From positions 122,848 to 186,847 of the forward strand of contig CAWFKS010000013.1 of the NCBI GenBank assembly GCA_963816435.1: DNA of 64,000 nt, written 5' to 3'. Both the position numbers and the translations under genes were made by a program. The notes beneath the pieces are model-generated. The model was not told the DNA's origin. It was given only the letters and a program-made list of their open reading frames with translations, and ran no database searches. Origin of the DNA: an uncultured Alphaproteobacteria bacterium. Its GTDB lineage: Bacteria; Pseudomonadota; Alphaproteobacteria; Rhizobiales; Rhizobiaceae. Positions 11,446 through 20,486 of this stretch are shown here, in pieces (the stretch's first letter is position 1; the number at the start of each line of letters is the position of its first letter).

Positions 11446-11856
11446 ATGGCGACCGTCAAGCTCTTGAACGACGCGGAGGCCGAGGCGAATCCCATCGTCA
11501 AGGCGGTGTTCGACGACATCCGCGCCTCGCGAAAATCCGATTTCGTCAACAATTTCTGGCGCGGACTGGCGAACGATCCGCCGCTGCTCAAGCGAACCTG
11601 GGAAGGGCTCAAGGCCGTGATGGGCGGCCCCGGAGCGCTCGATCCGGTGGTTCGCGAGATGATCTACATCGCGGTGTCGACGGCCAATGGCTGCCAGTAT
11701 TGCGTTCATTCCCACACGGCGGCAGCCCGCGCCAAGGGTATGACGGACGCCCAGCACGGCGAGCTTCTGGCGATTATCGGACTGGCCGCCCAGACAAACC
11801 ATCTGGTGACCGCCATGCAGTTGCCGGTCGATCCCGAGTTCGACGTGACGACCTGA
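11446..11856 (+). CDS. Carboxymuconolactone decarboxylase / AhpD-like family protein
   Basis: CxxC-type motif GCQYCVHSH in a protein of about 136 aa. ATG 11446 lies downstream of the track start at 11395. Confidence 0.75.
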   Translation: MATVKLLNDAEAEANPIVKAVFDDIRASRKSDFVNNFWRGLANDPPLLKRTWEGLKAVMGGPGALDPVVREMIYIAVSTANGCQYCVHSHTAAARAKGMTDAQHGELLAIIGLAAQTNHLVTAMQLPVDPEFDVTT

Positions 11857-11924
11857 CAAGAACAGGGAGCGTGGCACTCGCCTGTTCGAGGCCGGAGCCG
11901 CGCGATTGCCGCGGCAATATAGGA

Positions 11925-11958
11925 AAGCCCGCGCTGCGCAGCGCGGGCTTCTTCTTTG
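11925..11958 (+). terminator. Rho-independent terminator candidate
   Basis: GC-rich hairpin AGCCCGCGC-tgcgca-GCGCGGGCT followed by TCTTCTTTG, about 70 nt after the stop at 11856. Confidence 0.6.
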
Positions 11959-12058
11959 CCGATTTCACAATGTGCCGGCGCCACGCGAAAGGCCCGCCGA
12001 CTTGAGCCGACGGGCCTTTCTCGGGTTGGATCATCGTGTGTCCAACTGCTGTTGCCGC

Positions 12059-13402
12059 TTAGCGGGCTCCGAGCGTCACGACCTGGTCGTCGCGCAGATC
12101 GCGATACTGGCTGCTGTCGAAGTTCGACATGCCCTCGATCTGCCGCTCGGTCACGTCGGGCGCCAGCAGCGTCCCTTCGTCGGTGACGTAAAGCGCCGAC
12201 AGCGGCACCGCAGCGCGATCCTCGCCAAGGCCGAGGAAGCCGCCGGAGGTCACGACCGCGTAGAGGCGACCGTTGACGTTGTCGACGTTCTCGACGTCGC
12301 CCAGCTCGTTGCCGTTTGCGCCAACGATATTGTAGTCCTTGATGTCGCCCACGGTCAGCCGGACATCCCGGGAAGACCCGGCGGCAACGGCCGTCGTCTC
12401 GTTGTCGCGCGCCTGATTCCGCGACACCGCAGCCGTCTGCTCGTTATCGACGCCGTTGTCGCTGTTGGCGTTGTCGGCCTGCTGCTGGGCAGTGCGACCG
12501 GCCTGATCGTTCCGGGCCTGCTGATTGTTCTGCTGCTCGAAACGGATTTCCGGTTTGCCGTCGGCGCGGCTCACATTGACCTGCGCGTCTTCGGCTTCGT
12601 AGCGAACGCGCGGCTTCTGATCGGAATCCTGCATCTTGACGACCGGCTGACCCGAACGCTGGATCTGAACGTTGGCCTGCTCGTCATCGTGGTTGGTGCG
12701 GACCTGCGGCTGGCTCTTGCTTACGCGAACCTGCGGCTCACCCTGGTCCACCTCGACCTGCGGCTGAGCCTGGCTGACATTGACGTCGGGCTCCGGCATG
12801 CGAACCGTGATCTGGGGCTGCGGAATCTCGACGTTGACCGTCGGCGCCGGCTGATGGACGATGATTTCGGGCTGCTGCTGGCGCACGGCCACCCTCGGGC
12901 TCGGCTGCTGGACCGTCACATCCGGCTCCGGCACGTTGACGCGAATTGCCGCGCCACTCTGGTCGACGACGACGTCGGCATCGGCGGCGCTGGCCGTATT
13001 CCGGTTCGTCTGCTCGTCCATGTTCGCCATCTGCTGCTCGGCGCGGTTGAGAGCCTGCTCGGCCTGCTGCATGTCCTGGTTCGACAGAGCCTGGCTGGCC
13101 TGGCGCAACGGCTGCCGGACCTGGGTGATCGCGTCACGGTTGCCGTTCTGGGTGTTCTGCGCCTGCTGCTTGAGCTGGCGGCGCGCGGTCTGCACGGCCT
13201 GTCGTGCTGCCTGCATGTCGCCCTGGTCAAGCGCATTCAGCGCCTGCTGAATCTGTGCCTCGACCCGGCCCATACCGGGATTGGCCTGATCGGCCTGGGC
13301 GGTCTGGTTCTGCGTGTTGCCGGCCGAGTTCTGCTGGGCGACAGCGCCGGTGGAGACCAAGGCGGTCCCTGCCATAAGCGCGGCGATATACTTCATCTTC
13401 AT
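12059..13402 (-). CDS. Secreted Gln-rich repeat protein with C-terminal PRC-barrel domain
   Basis: ATG 13402 (MKMKYIAALMAGTALVSTGAVAQ) gives a signal peptide and has an AGAGAGG Shine-Dalgarno. The central part has about 12 degenerate 10-11-aa repeats of the type PxPxVxVxQ. The C-terminus (DIKDYNIVGANGNELGDVENV...) is PRC-barrel-like. Confidence 0.75.
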   Translation of the reverse strand: MKMKYIAALMAGTALVSTGAVAQQNSAGNTQNQTAQADQANPGMGRVEAQIQQALNALDQGDMQAARQAVQTARRQLKQQAQNTQNGNRDAITQVRQPLRQASQALSNQDMQQAEQALNRAEQQMANMDEQTNRNTASAADADVVVDQSGAAIRVNVPEPDVTVQQPSPRVAVRQQQPEIIVHQPAPTVNVEIPQPQITVRMPEPDVNVSQAQPQVEVDQGEPQVRVSKSQPQVRTNHDDEQANVQIQRSGQPVVKMQDSDQKPRVRYEAEDAQVNVSRADGKPEIRFEQQNNQQARNDQAGRTAQQQADNANSDNGVDNEQTAAVSRNQARDNETTAVAAGSSRDVRLTVGDIKDYNIVGANGNELGDVENVDNVNGRLYAVVTSGGFLGLGEDRAAVPLSALYVTDEGTLLAPDVTERQIEGMSNFDSSQYRDLRDDQVVTLGAR

Positions 13403-13892
13403 GAAAACTACCTCTCTGTTCGTTGAAGGGTTGGCACGCGATGAACTGTCCGCTCTCGACGCGCGCTCCTTTTCCAATCCCTCGGCCAATGATCTGTTCC
13501 GGAATTCGTGACGGAAAATCGGCGACGCCACGGAGCCCCCGACAGAAGGCGTAGGGTGTATGGGCGAGCCTTCGCCTCACCCGGGAGGATGGGCCTTCGC
13601 CTCACGCTTCAGCCACTGGAACCGGGCCGCAGCGCTGCCAAACGCGGCGGCGCATGGCCTCCGGAGCGATCGACGCATCGTCTTTGCCGAGGCTGTCACT
13701 TGCATGGGCGCATGAGGCTGCGGCTGCGGATTGCGCGAGCTTGCTCGGCCCACGCATATGGCGCTGCGATCTTTTCGAGAGCCGCCGCATCGACGGCTAG
13801 GAAGCCGTTACGTCACTGGCTGGGGATTGTGTGGAACCATGGCGGCGCAATTGGCAAGCCGATTGGCAAGATGCTCCCGCACGCGATCAAGT

Positions 13893-13940
13893 CGATGCGG
13901 GCCGCCCGTGATGCGGGCCGCCCATGATGCGGGCCGCCCA
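13893..13940. repeat. 16-nt tandem repeat x3 (GATGCGGGCCGCCCRT)
   Basis: Three consecutive near-identical copies read directly in a gap of about 780 bp with no convincing ORF (13403-14181). Confidence 0.8.
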
Positions 13941-14181
13941 TATTGTCACGGGTCGTGGAAAGGGCGAAACGCGCCGCACGTAGATTGCGGTCTCATTCCG
14001 GCAAGCCGAGGGGTGGTGTTAGCGATCGACAACCGGACCGTAACGGAAAGCACCGATGGCCACCGGCCAACCAGCCACACCACGTCCAGGCACGTCAGCA
14101 ACAGCATCATTCCTCTCGGAGTCGTGATCCCCGGCCACAGGCAAACTTTGCCTCGGCTCGCGGCCGACAATCCTGCACAGT

Positions 14182-14964
14182 TCACCGTGCCATCCAGCCC
14201 CCGTCGACGCAAAGTACGTGCCCGTTGACGTAGGCGGCTCCCGGCGCGGCAAGAAACACGGCGGCGGCCGCGATGTCGTTCGGTTCGCCCCAGCGCCCGG
14301 CGGGAATGCGCTCCAGAATCTGGCGCGATCGGTCGGGATCGGCGCGCAGCGCGCTGGTGTTGTCGGTAGCGACGTAGCCGGGCGCGATCGCGTTGACACA
14401 GACATCGTGGGCTGCCAGCTCGTTCGCCAGCGCCTTCGTGAGTCCGGCCACGCCGTGCTTGGCCGCGGCATAGCCCGGTACCTTGATGCCGCCCTGGAAC
14501 GACAGCAGCGATGCGACCGAGATGATGCGGCCGTAGCTGCGTTCGCGCATGCGACGGGCGGCGGCCTGCGAAAGGAACCAGACCGCATCGAGATTGGCTG
14601 CGATGACGCTGCGCCAGTCGCTCTCGGCGTGATCCTGCACGAAGTCGCGGCGGATGATGCCGGCATTGTTGACAAGGATCGAGACCGGCCCCAGCCGGTC
14701 CTCTGTTTCGGCAATCAGCCGATCGGCCTTGGCGGCGTCGAAGCTGCCAAGATCGGCCTTGATCGCGCATGCCTTGCTGCCCGCCTCGCCGATGGCGGCG
14801 AGCGTTTCGGCGCCCGGCCGGCTGTGCTCGGTTATCGCCACGTCCGCACCCGCCCGAGCCAGGGCGACCGCGATCGCCTGGCCGATGCCGCTAGCGCCGC
14901 CGGTGACGAGCGCCGTCTGGCCTTCCAGGCCGAATTGCTGCTTAAGATAGGTCTCGACAGTCAT
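14182..14964 (-). CDS. kduD: 2-dehydro-3-deoxy-D-gluconate 5-dehydrogenase-like short-chain dehydrogenase
   Basis: SDR motifs TGGASGIG, NNAG and YAAAKHG. The gene sits in the same locus as kduI. Confidence 0.75.
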   Translation of the reverse strand: MTVETYLKQQFGLEGQTALVTGGASGIGQAIAVALARAGADVAITEHSRPGAETLAAIGEAGSKACAIKADLGSFDAAKADRLIAETEDRLGPVSILVNNAGIIRRDFVQDHAESDWRSVIAANLDAVWFLSQAAARRMRERSYGRIISVASLLSFQGGIKVPGYAAAKHGVAGLTKALANELAAHDVCVNAIAPGYVATDNTSALRADPDRSRQILERIPAGRWGEPNDIAAAAVFLAAPGAAYVNGHVLCVDGGWMAR

Positions 14965-14981
14965 CTTCGCTCCTGCGTGCG

Positions 14982-15875
14982 GTGGACTTGATGGACGGGT
15001 TGCGCGACGCCTTCGAGATCGGCGAGCATGAGCTCGAATTCCGTTCCGCGCGCACCGAAAGGCGAGAAGGGTTCCTGCTTGAGAAGCTCGCGTTTCGCGC
15101 CGCCGACGGCGAACCGGTTCGGGGCTTCTTCACCCGCCCGCTGCATGACGGCCGCGTGCCGGCGCTGCTTTGCATCCATGCGCACGGCTTCAGATACGAG
15201 ATCGGCGCCAGCGAACTGCTCGACGGCCGGCCGAGCCTGCAAGGCCCGCCGGGGCCTGACTTCGCGAAGCTCGGCTTCGCCACGATGATGATCGACCTGC
15301 CCTGCTTCGGCAACCGCGCCGAGCCGGGCGAGAGCGCGCGGGCCAAGGGGCGGATGTGGCGCGGCAAGTCCCTCGCGGGGCAGATGTTGGGCGAGCTTTC
15401 CTCGGCTCTGAGCTGGCTCGCGGCGCGCGAGAACATCGTTTCCGACCGCATCGGCGTCTATGGCATCTCGATGGGCGCGACGCTCGGCTACTGGCTGGCA
15501 GCGGTCGATCCGCGGGTCACCGCCGTCGCCCACATGTGCGCCTACGCCGACTTCGCCAGCCTGATCGAAACGGGAGCGCACGACCTGCACGGCATCTACC
15601 TCACCGTACCCGGCCTGCTCAAGCTCGCCTCCAACGGTGAGATCGCCGGCAGGATCGCGCCGCGCCCGCAATTCATCGGCATTGGCGACCGCGATCCGCT
15701 GACACCGCCCGCCGCCGTGGACATCGCCCTTGCCGAGACCCGGGCGGTCTATGAGCGCGCGGGCAAGCCAGACATGCTGGTCGTGCACCGCGAACCCGAA
15801 AGCGGTCATGTCGAGACGCCGGCCATGCGGGCCGGCGTCGCTGGCTTCTTCGAGCGCCATCTCAAGCTGGCCTAG
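14982..15875 (+). CDS. Alpha/beta hydrolase (dienelactone hydrolase / carbohydrate esterase-like)
   Basis: Nucleophile elbow GISMG and a C-terminal His region (ESGHVE). Alternative start at ATG 14991. Confidence 0.7.
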   Translation: MDLMDGLRDAFEIGEHELEFRSARTERREGFLLEKLAFRAADGEPVRGFFTRPLHDGRVPALLCIHAHGFRYEIGASELLDGRPSLQGPPGPDFAKLGFATMMIDLPCFGNRAEPGESARAKGRMWRGKSLAGQMLGELSSALSWLAARENIVSDRIGVYGISMGATLGYWLAAVDPRVTAVAHMCAYADFASLIETGAHDLHGIYLTVPGLLKLASNGEIAGRIAPRPQFIGIGDRDPLTPPAAVDIALAETRAVYERAGKPDMLVVHREPESGHVETPAMRAGVAGFFERHLKLA

Positions 15876-16960
15876 ACCGCGGGCGCCCGCAGGCCGTCGG
15901 CATCGAACAGGTGCATGCGCTCGGCCGGCAGCCGCAGCCTGATCGGCGCTCCGTCCGAGGCGATGTCCTGGCGGTTCAGCACGGCCAGCAGCCTCTGGTC
16001 TCCTTCCATCATGGCGTGGACCACCGTTTCGGGCCCGAGCGCCTCGGCAAGCGTCACCTGCGCCTCGACGCAATCCGCGCCGTCGCCGCCGAGTTCGATG
16101 TCGTGCGGGCGGATGCCGAGCGTGACGCTGTCGCCGGGCTTCAGCGCCGAGCCGTTGGCGGCGATGGTCGCCGTCACCCCGCCGTCGCCTTCCACGGAGA
16201 CCTCGCTCGCATTCGCCGCGCGTACTTTCGCCGGCAACAGGTTCATGCGCGGCGCGCCGATGAAGCCGGCGACGAACAGGTTCGCCGGGTGGTTGTAGAG
16301 CTCGAGCGGTTTGCCGATCTGCTCGATGCGGCCAGCGCGCATGACCACGATGCGGTCGGCCAGCGTCATCGCCTCGGTCTGGTCGTGGGTGACGTAGATC
16401 ATCGTCGTGGTCAGCCGCTTGTGCAGCGCGGCGATCTCGGCGCGCGTCGAAATCCGCAGCTCGGCGTCGAGGTTCGACAGCGGCTCGTCGAGCAGGAAGG
16501 CGGTCGGGTTGCGGACCACGGCGCGGCCGATCGCGACGCGCTGCTTCTGCCCGCCCGAAAGCTGCCCCGGCCGTCGGTCGAGATAGTCGGAAATGTCGAG
16601 CATGCGCGCCGCCTCGGCGATGCGCTCCTCGATCTCGGCCTTCGGCATGCGGATGTTCTCGAGCCCGAAGGCGAGGTTCTGGCGCACCGTCATGTGCGGA
16701 TAGAGCGCATAGGACTGGAAGACCATGGCCAGCCCGCGGTCGGCGGCCGAAACCTTGGTCACGTCGCGGCCGTCGATGGCGATCGTGCCGCCGGTCGGGC
16801 GGTCGAGGCCGGCGATCAGGCGAAGCAGCGTGGACTTGCCGCAGCCGGACGGGCCGACCAGCACCAGCATCTCGCCGTCGCCGATCTCCAGGTTGATGTT
16901 GTGCAGCACCTTGATGGAGCCGTAGGCGCGGTCGATGTTGGCGAGGCTAATGTGTCCCAC
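15872..16960 (-). CDS. Sugar ABC transporter ATP-binding protein (UgpC/MalK type)
   Basis: Motifs GPSGCGKST, LSGGQKQR and LLDEPLSNLD, plus a MalK-like C-terminal regulatory domain. GTG start with an AGGGGG Shine-Dalgarno. Confidence 0.9.
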   Translation of the reverse strand: MGHISLANIDRAYGSIKVLHNINLEIGDGEMLVLVGPSGCGKSTLLRLIAGLDRPTGGTIAIDGRDVTKVSAADRGLAMVFQSYALYPHMTVRQNLAFGLENIRMPKAEIEERIAEAARMLDISDYLDRRPGQLSGGQKQRVAIGRAVVRNPTAFLLDEPLSNLDAELRISTRAEIAALHKRLTTTMIYVTHDQTEAMTLADRIVVMRAGRIEQIGKPLELYNHPANLFVAGFIGAPRMNLLPAKVRAANASEVSVEGDGGVTATIAANGSALKPGDSVTLGIRPHDIELGGDGADCVEAQVTLAEALGPETVVHAMMEGDQRLLAVLNRQDIASDGAPIRLRLPAERMHLFDADGLRAPAV

Positions 16961-16969
16961 TGCCGCCCC

Positions 16970-18022
16970 CTATTTCAGCCCGGCGCCGGCGATGCCGGAG
17001 GTGATGTAGCGCTGCAGGAACACGAACACGAGCACCACCGGGATCATGGTCACCACCGTCATCGCCAGGATGTAGTTCCACTGCACGTTGAGCTGGCCGG
17101 CATAGGTGTTGAGGCCGACCTGCAGCGTATAGACCTCCTTGCGCGACAGCGCGACCAGCGGCCACAGGAAGTCGTTCCAGCGCCAGACCACCGAGAAGAT
17201 CGCCAGCACCGCCAGCGCGGGGGCTGCCAGCGGCATTACGATGCGCCAGTAGATCTGCCATTCCGAGGCGTGGTCCATGCGAGCGGCATCGAGAAGTTCG
17301 TCGGGGATGGTCAGCATGTACTGCCTGAGCAGGAAGACGCCGGTCGGCGTTGCGACCGTCGGCAGGATGACGCCCCACAGATTGTTGAACAGCCCCAGCG
17401 CGTTGATGATCGAAAACAGCGGCACCATGATCACGCCGAGCGGCACCATCAGCGTGGCAAGGATAAGCAGCATCACGGTGAACTGGCCGCGGAACTTGTA
17501 TTTCGACAGCGCGAAGGCGGCCATCGAATTGACCACCAGGGTGATCACGGTCGCCATGGTCGTCACGAAGACCGAATTCCACAGGAAGCGCAGGAAATCG
17601 AAATGCAGGAAAGGTTCGGTGTAGTTGTCGGTGGCAAACGAGACCGACTGCACCGGCTCGAGATCGTTGATGTTGACCTTGATGATCTCCTTCGGCGCCG
17701 TCGGATCGACAAGCTGGGCGATGATGCCGATGCGGCGCACCATTGCCAGCCGTTCCGTTTTCCCGTCCGGCAGCGTCGCCCGGTAGAGCGGCAGCGGGTC
17801 GTCATAGCCTTCCACCTGCACCGTCTGGGTCGCGTAGGGCAGCAGGGTCGGCGGGAAAGCGGCCAGTTCCCGCGGCGTCTTGAAGGACGAGAAGACCAGC
17901 CACACGGCCGGGCCGAACATGATGACGATGCCGCAGATCAGCCACGCCCAGGTGACGACGTCGGTCCAGTGCCAGCCTTCGCCGCCGCGCCGGCGGAAGA
18001 GGAACGCGGAAATGCGGCTCAT
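16970..18022 (-). CDS. Carbohydrate ABC transporter permease (MalG/UgpE-like) with a large periplasmic loop
   Basis: The start MSRISAFLF... overlaps the upstream stop (ATGA at 18019-18022). An EAA-like loop is present (DELLDAARMDHASEWQIYWRIVMP). The track ORF is over-extended to 18472. Confidence 0.85.
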   Translation of the reverse strand: MSRISAFLFRRRGGEGWHWTDVVTWAWLICGIVIMFGPAVWLVFSSFKTPRELAAFPPTLLPYATQTVQVEGYDDPLPLYRATLPDGKTERLAMVRRIGIIAQLVDPTAPKEIIKVNINDLEPVQSVSFATDNYTEPFLHFDFLRFLWNSVFVTTMATVITLVVNSMAAFALSKYKFRGQFTVMLLILATLMVPLGVIMVPLFSIINALGLFNNLWGVILPTVATPTGVFLLRQYMLTIPDELLDAARMDHASEWQIYWRIVMPLAAPALAVLAIFSVVWRWNDFLWPLVALSRKEVYTLQVGLNTYAGQLNVQWNYILAMTVVTMIPVVLVFVFLQRYITSGIAGAGLK

Positions 18023-19047
18023 CGGGTCGCCCCCTTCTTCTCGCGGCTGCGCGAGAACCACAGCTGCAGCAGGGTGAGCACGACCAGCACCGCACCCATC
18101 AGGATGGAGGCGGCGGCGGCGAGCCCCGGGTTGCGCAGCTGCGAGGCGAAGCCCTTCTCGTAGATGTACTGGATCAGGTAGAGCGTGGACGTGCCCGGGC
18201 CGCCGGCGGTCAGAACGAAGACCTCGTCGAATATCTGCACCGCGCGGATCAGCGCCAGCACGATCACCACCAGGAGGTTGGGCGCCAGCAGCGGCAGCGT
18301 GATGCGCCAGAAAACGCGGGCGTGCCGCGTCCCGTCCATCTCGGCGGCCTCGTAGAGGTCCTTCGGGATCGCCTGAAGTCCGGCGAGCAGGATCAGCGCG
18401 TAGAAGCCCAGATGCGCCCAGATCGACACGCCGACGGAGGCGGCGAAGGCCCAGTTGCGATCCGACAGCCAAGTATAGGGGGTGGAGCCGAACAGGTCGA
18501 ACATCACCAGGTTGAGCAGACCCTGGCGCTGCAATATCCAGCGCCAGATCAGGCCGACCACGACCGGCGACAGCAGAACCGGAAAGAAGAACACGGCACG
18601 CCAGAAGCTGCGGCCCCTGATTTCCCGGTTGAGCACCAGCGCGGTGATTAGAGCTGCCACGATCAGCAGCGTCACCTGGACGCCGACGAAGGCGGCGGTG
18701 TTGCGCGCCGCGATCCAGAACGTGTCCTCCACGCAGGAATTGGGATCTAGATAGCTGGTGCAGGTGAAAATCTGCCGGTACTGGTCGAGCCCGACGAAGT
18801 CGCGCTGCGGCAGGAAGATGGCGGCGCCGCCGGTCGTGGAATAGACGAAGTTGATGATCAGCGGCAGCAGCACGAAGATGCCGAAGATCGCCATGTTGGG
18901 AAACAGGAAGAAGGCGGCCATGCCGTTGAAGCCGGCGGCCTTCTGCAGCCAGCGCAAAGGCGCCTCGATCGCCGCCATCACCAGCTTCACCGGCATGTAG
19001 CCGAGCTCGCCGAGGCGCAGGCCAGGCCTTGCTTCACTCGTCGTCAC
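18019..19047 (-). CDS. Carbohydrate ABC transporter permease (MalF/UgpA-like)
   Basis: GTG 19047 is preceded by GGGAGGGGA. EAA loop DLYEAAEMDGTRHARVFWRITLP. The track ORF extends upstream into the binding-protein gene. Confidence 0.85.
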   Translation of the reverse strand: MTTSEARPGLRLGELGYMPVKLVMAAIEAPLRWLQKAAGFNGMAAFFLFPNMAIFGIFVLLPLIINFVYSTTGGAAIFLPQRDFVGLDQYRQIFTCTSYLDPNSCVEDTFWIAARNTAAFVGVQVTLLIVAALITALVLNREIRGRSFWRAVFFFPVLLSPVVVGLIWRWILQRQGLLNLVMFDLFGSTPYTWLSDRNWAFAASVGVSIWAHLGFYALILLAGLQAIPKDLYEAAEMDGTRHARVFWRITLPLLAPNLLVVIVLALIRAVQIFDEVFVLTAGGPGTSTLYLIQYIYEKGFASQLRNPGLAAAASILMGAVLVVLTLLQLWFSRSREKKGATR

Positions 19048-19153
19048 CGTCCCCTCCCGGAGCACTTGCCGAGGGCTGCGGTTAGCAGCCGTCGCAAGGA
19101 TGCGGAACGTGTGGAAGGCGGCGGCCAGGCAATGCGGGCCGCCGCCGTGGCGA

Positions 19154-20425
19154 TCAGTTGCCGCCGGCTTCCTGCACCTTCTGGGCGACATCCTCGTCGA
19201 TGCGCTTGAAGGCTTCGTCGGTGGTCATCTCGCCGGCCATGGCCTGGCCGAGGCGGCTCACCCAGGCGCCCCATGCGGCGAAGTTCCACTTCCAGCCCTG
19301 CATCTGGTAGGCCTGCGGGTCGGTGGTGGCGGAGGCCTTCACGAAGGCGTTGAGCGCCGCCTTCACCTGGGCGTCGTCGGTCTTGTAGTCGAGGCCCTGA
19401 TCGATGACTTCCTTGTTGGCCGGCAGGAACAGGGTGCGTTCGATGAACTCCTTGTAGACCGGGCTGGAAGCCAGCCAGTCCATCACCACGCCGACGTCCT
19501 CGGGGTTCTTGGTGGTCTTGATCGCCACCAGGCCGGCGCCGCCCGGCATGCCGGTGCACGCGGCCGGGCCGCAGGGGCTGCCGGTCGCCACCCAGTCGAA
19601 ATTGTTGCCGATCTTGGTGGCGAAGTTCGGGATCTGCCAGGAGCCGGAATAGTAGTAGGCGATCTGGCTGTTGATGAAATCGTCGGCCGCGGCGCGATAG
19701 GTGGTGCCGGATGCCGAAACCCAGACGTCCTTGTCGGCGGTGCCGTCGTCCGTCCAGCCGACCAGCTCGTTCATGTAGTCCTTGGCTGCCTGGTCGAGCG
19801 GCGCGGGCTTGCCGTCCTTGCCGATCAGCTGGGAGCCGTAGGAAATGATCGGGCCCGTGATGCGGTGGCCGGAGCGGTCGACGGCGAAGGCGTAGGGGAG
19901 CTGCTGGCTTTCCTGCACCTTCTTGGCGGCGGCGACCCAGTCGTCCCACGTCGCCTTGTCGCCCGGCACGTCAACGCCGGCCTGGTCGAACAGCGTCTTG
20001 TTGACGAAGCCGCCGGTCAGCGTGATCTGCGTCATGAAGCCGGGAATGGCGTCGGAGCCGTCGGGCCGCATCCAGTCGAGCTGATCGCCGTAGTTGTTGC
20101 GCCAGAAGTCCGCATCCTTGACGTAGGGCGTCAGGTCCAGCCAGTACTTGTCCTGCGTCTTCAGATCGGTGACGCGGGCGATGTCCGGCCCCTGGCCGGC
20201 GGCGAGCTGCACCGGCAGCTGCTCGCGGATGGTCTGGTAGGACACCTCGTCGAGCGTGACGTTGATGTCGGGATGGTCCTTGTTGAAGCGCGCGATCAGG
20301 TCCTGCATGACCTGGCCCTCGACGCCGTCGGAATACCATTCGATGCGCACGTCGCCGGCATAGGCGCTGGTCGAGGCCAGCAGGCCTGTTGCGGCGGCGG
20401 CCAGCAGGGTCGTCTTCATCTTCAT
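19154..20425 (-). CDS. Extracellular solute-binding protein (family 1, CUT1 sugar/oligosaccharide type)
   Basis: ATG 20425 gives the signal peptide MKMKTTLLAAAATGLLASTSAYA and has a GGAGGAG Shine-Dalgarno. The length and composition fit oligosaccharide-binding proteins. Confidence 0.85.
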   Translation of the reverse strand: MKMKTTLLAAAATGLLASTSAYAGDVRIEWYSDGVEGQVMQDLIARFNKDHPDINVTLDEVSYQTIREQLPVQLAAGQGPDIARVTDLKTQDKYWLDLTPYVKDADFWRNNYGDQLDWMRPDGSDAIPGFMTQITLTGGFVNKTLFDQAGVDVPGDKATWDDWVAAAKKVQESQQLPYAFAVDRSGHRITGPIISYGSQLIGKDGKPAPLDQAAKDYMNELVGWTDDGTADKDVWVSASGTTYRAAADDFINSQIAYYYSGSWQIPNFATKIGNNFDWVATGSPCGPAACTGMPGGAGLVAIKTTKNPEDVGVVMDWLASSPVYKEFIERTLFLPANKEVIDQGLDYKTDDAQVKAALNAFVKASATTDPQAYQMQGWKWNFAAWGAWVSRLGQAMAGEMTTDEAFKRIDEDVAQKVQEAGGN

Positions 20426-20486
20426 CTTCGTCTCCTCCGTTGTTGCGGGACAGTGCCCGTTCGATTGATGCCGTTTTCCGGTCTGC

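Noticed and set aside
8456-11467. 1003-aa ORF that could be taken as one giant gene.
   Set aside because: It is a composite. Only the segments 8852-9450 (propeller protein) and about 9966-10675 (ATPase NBD1) are homologous in this frame. The rest is out-of-frame read-through of neighbouring genes.
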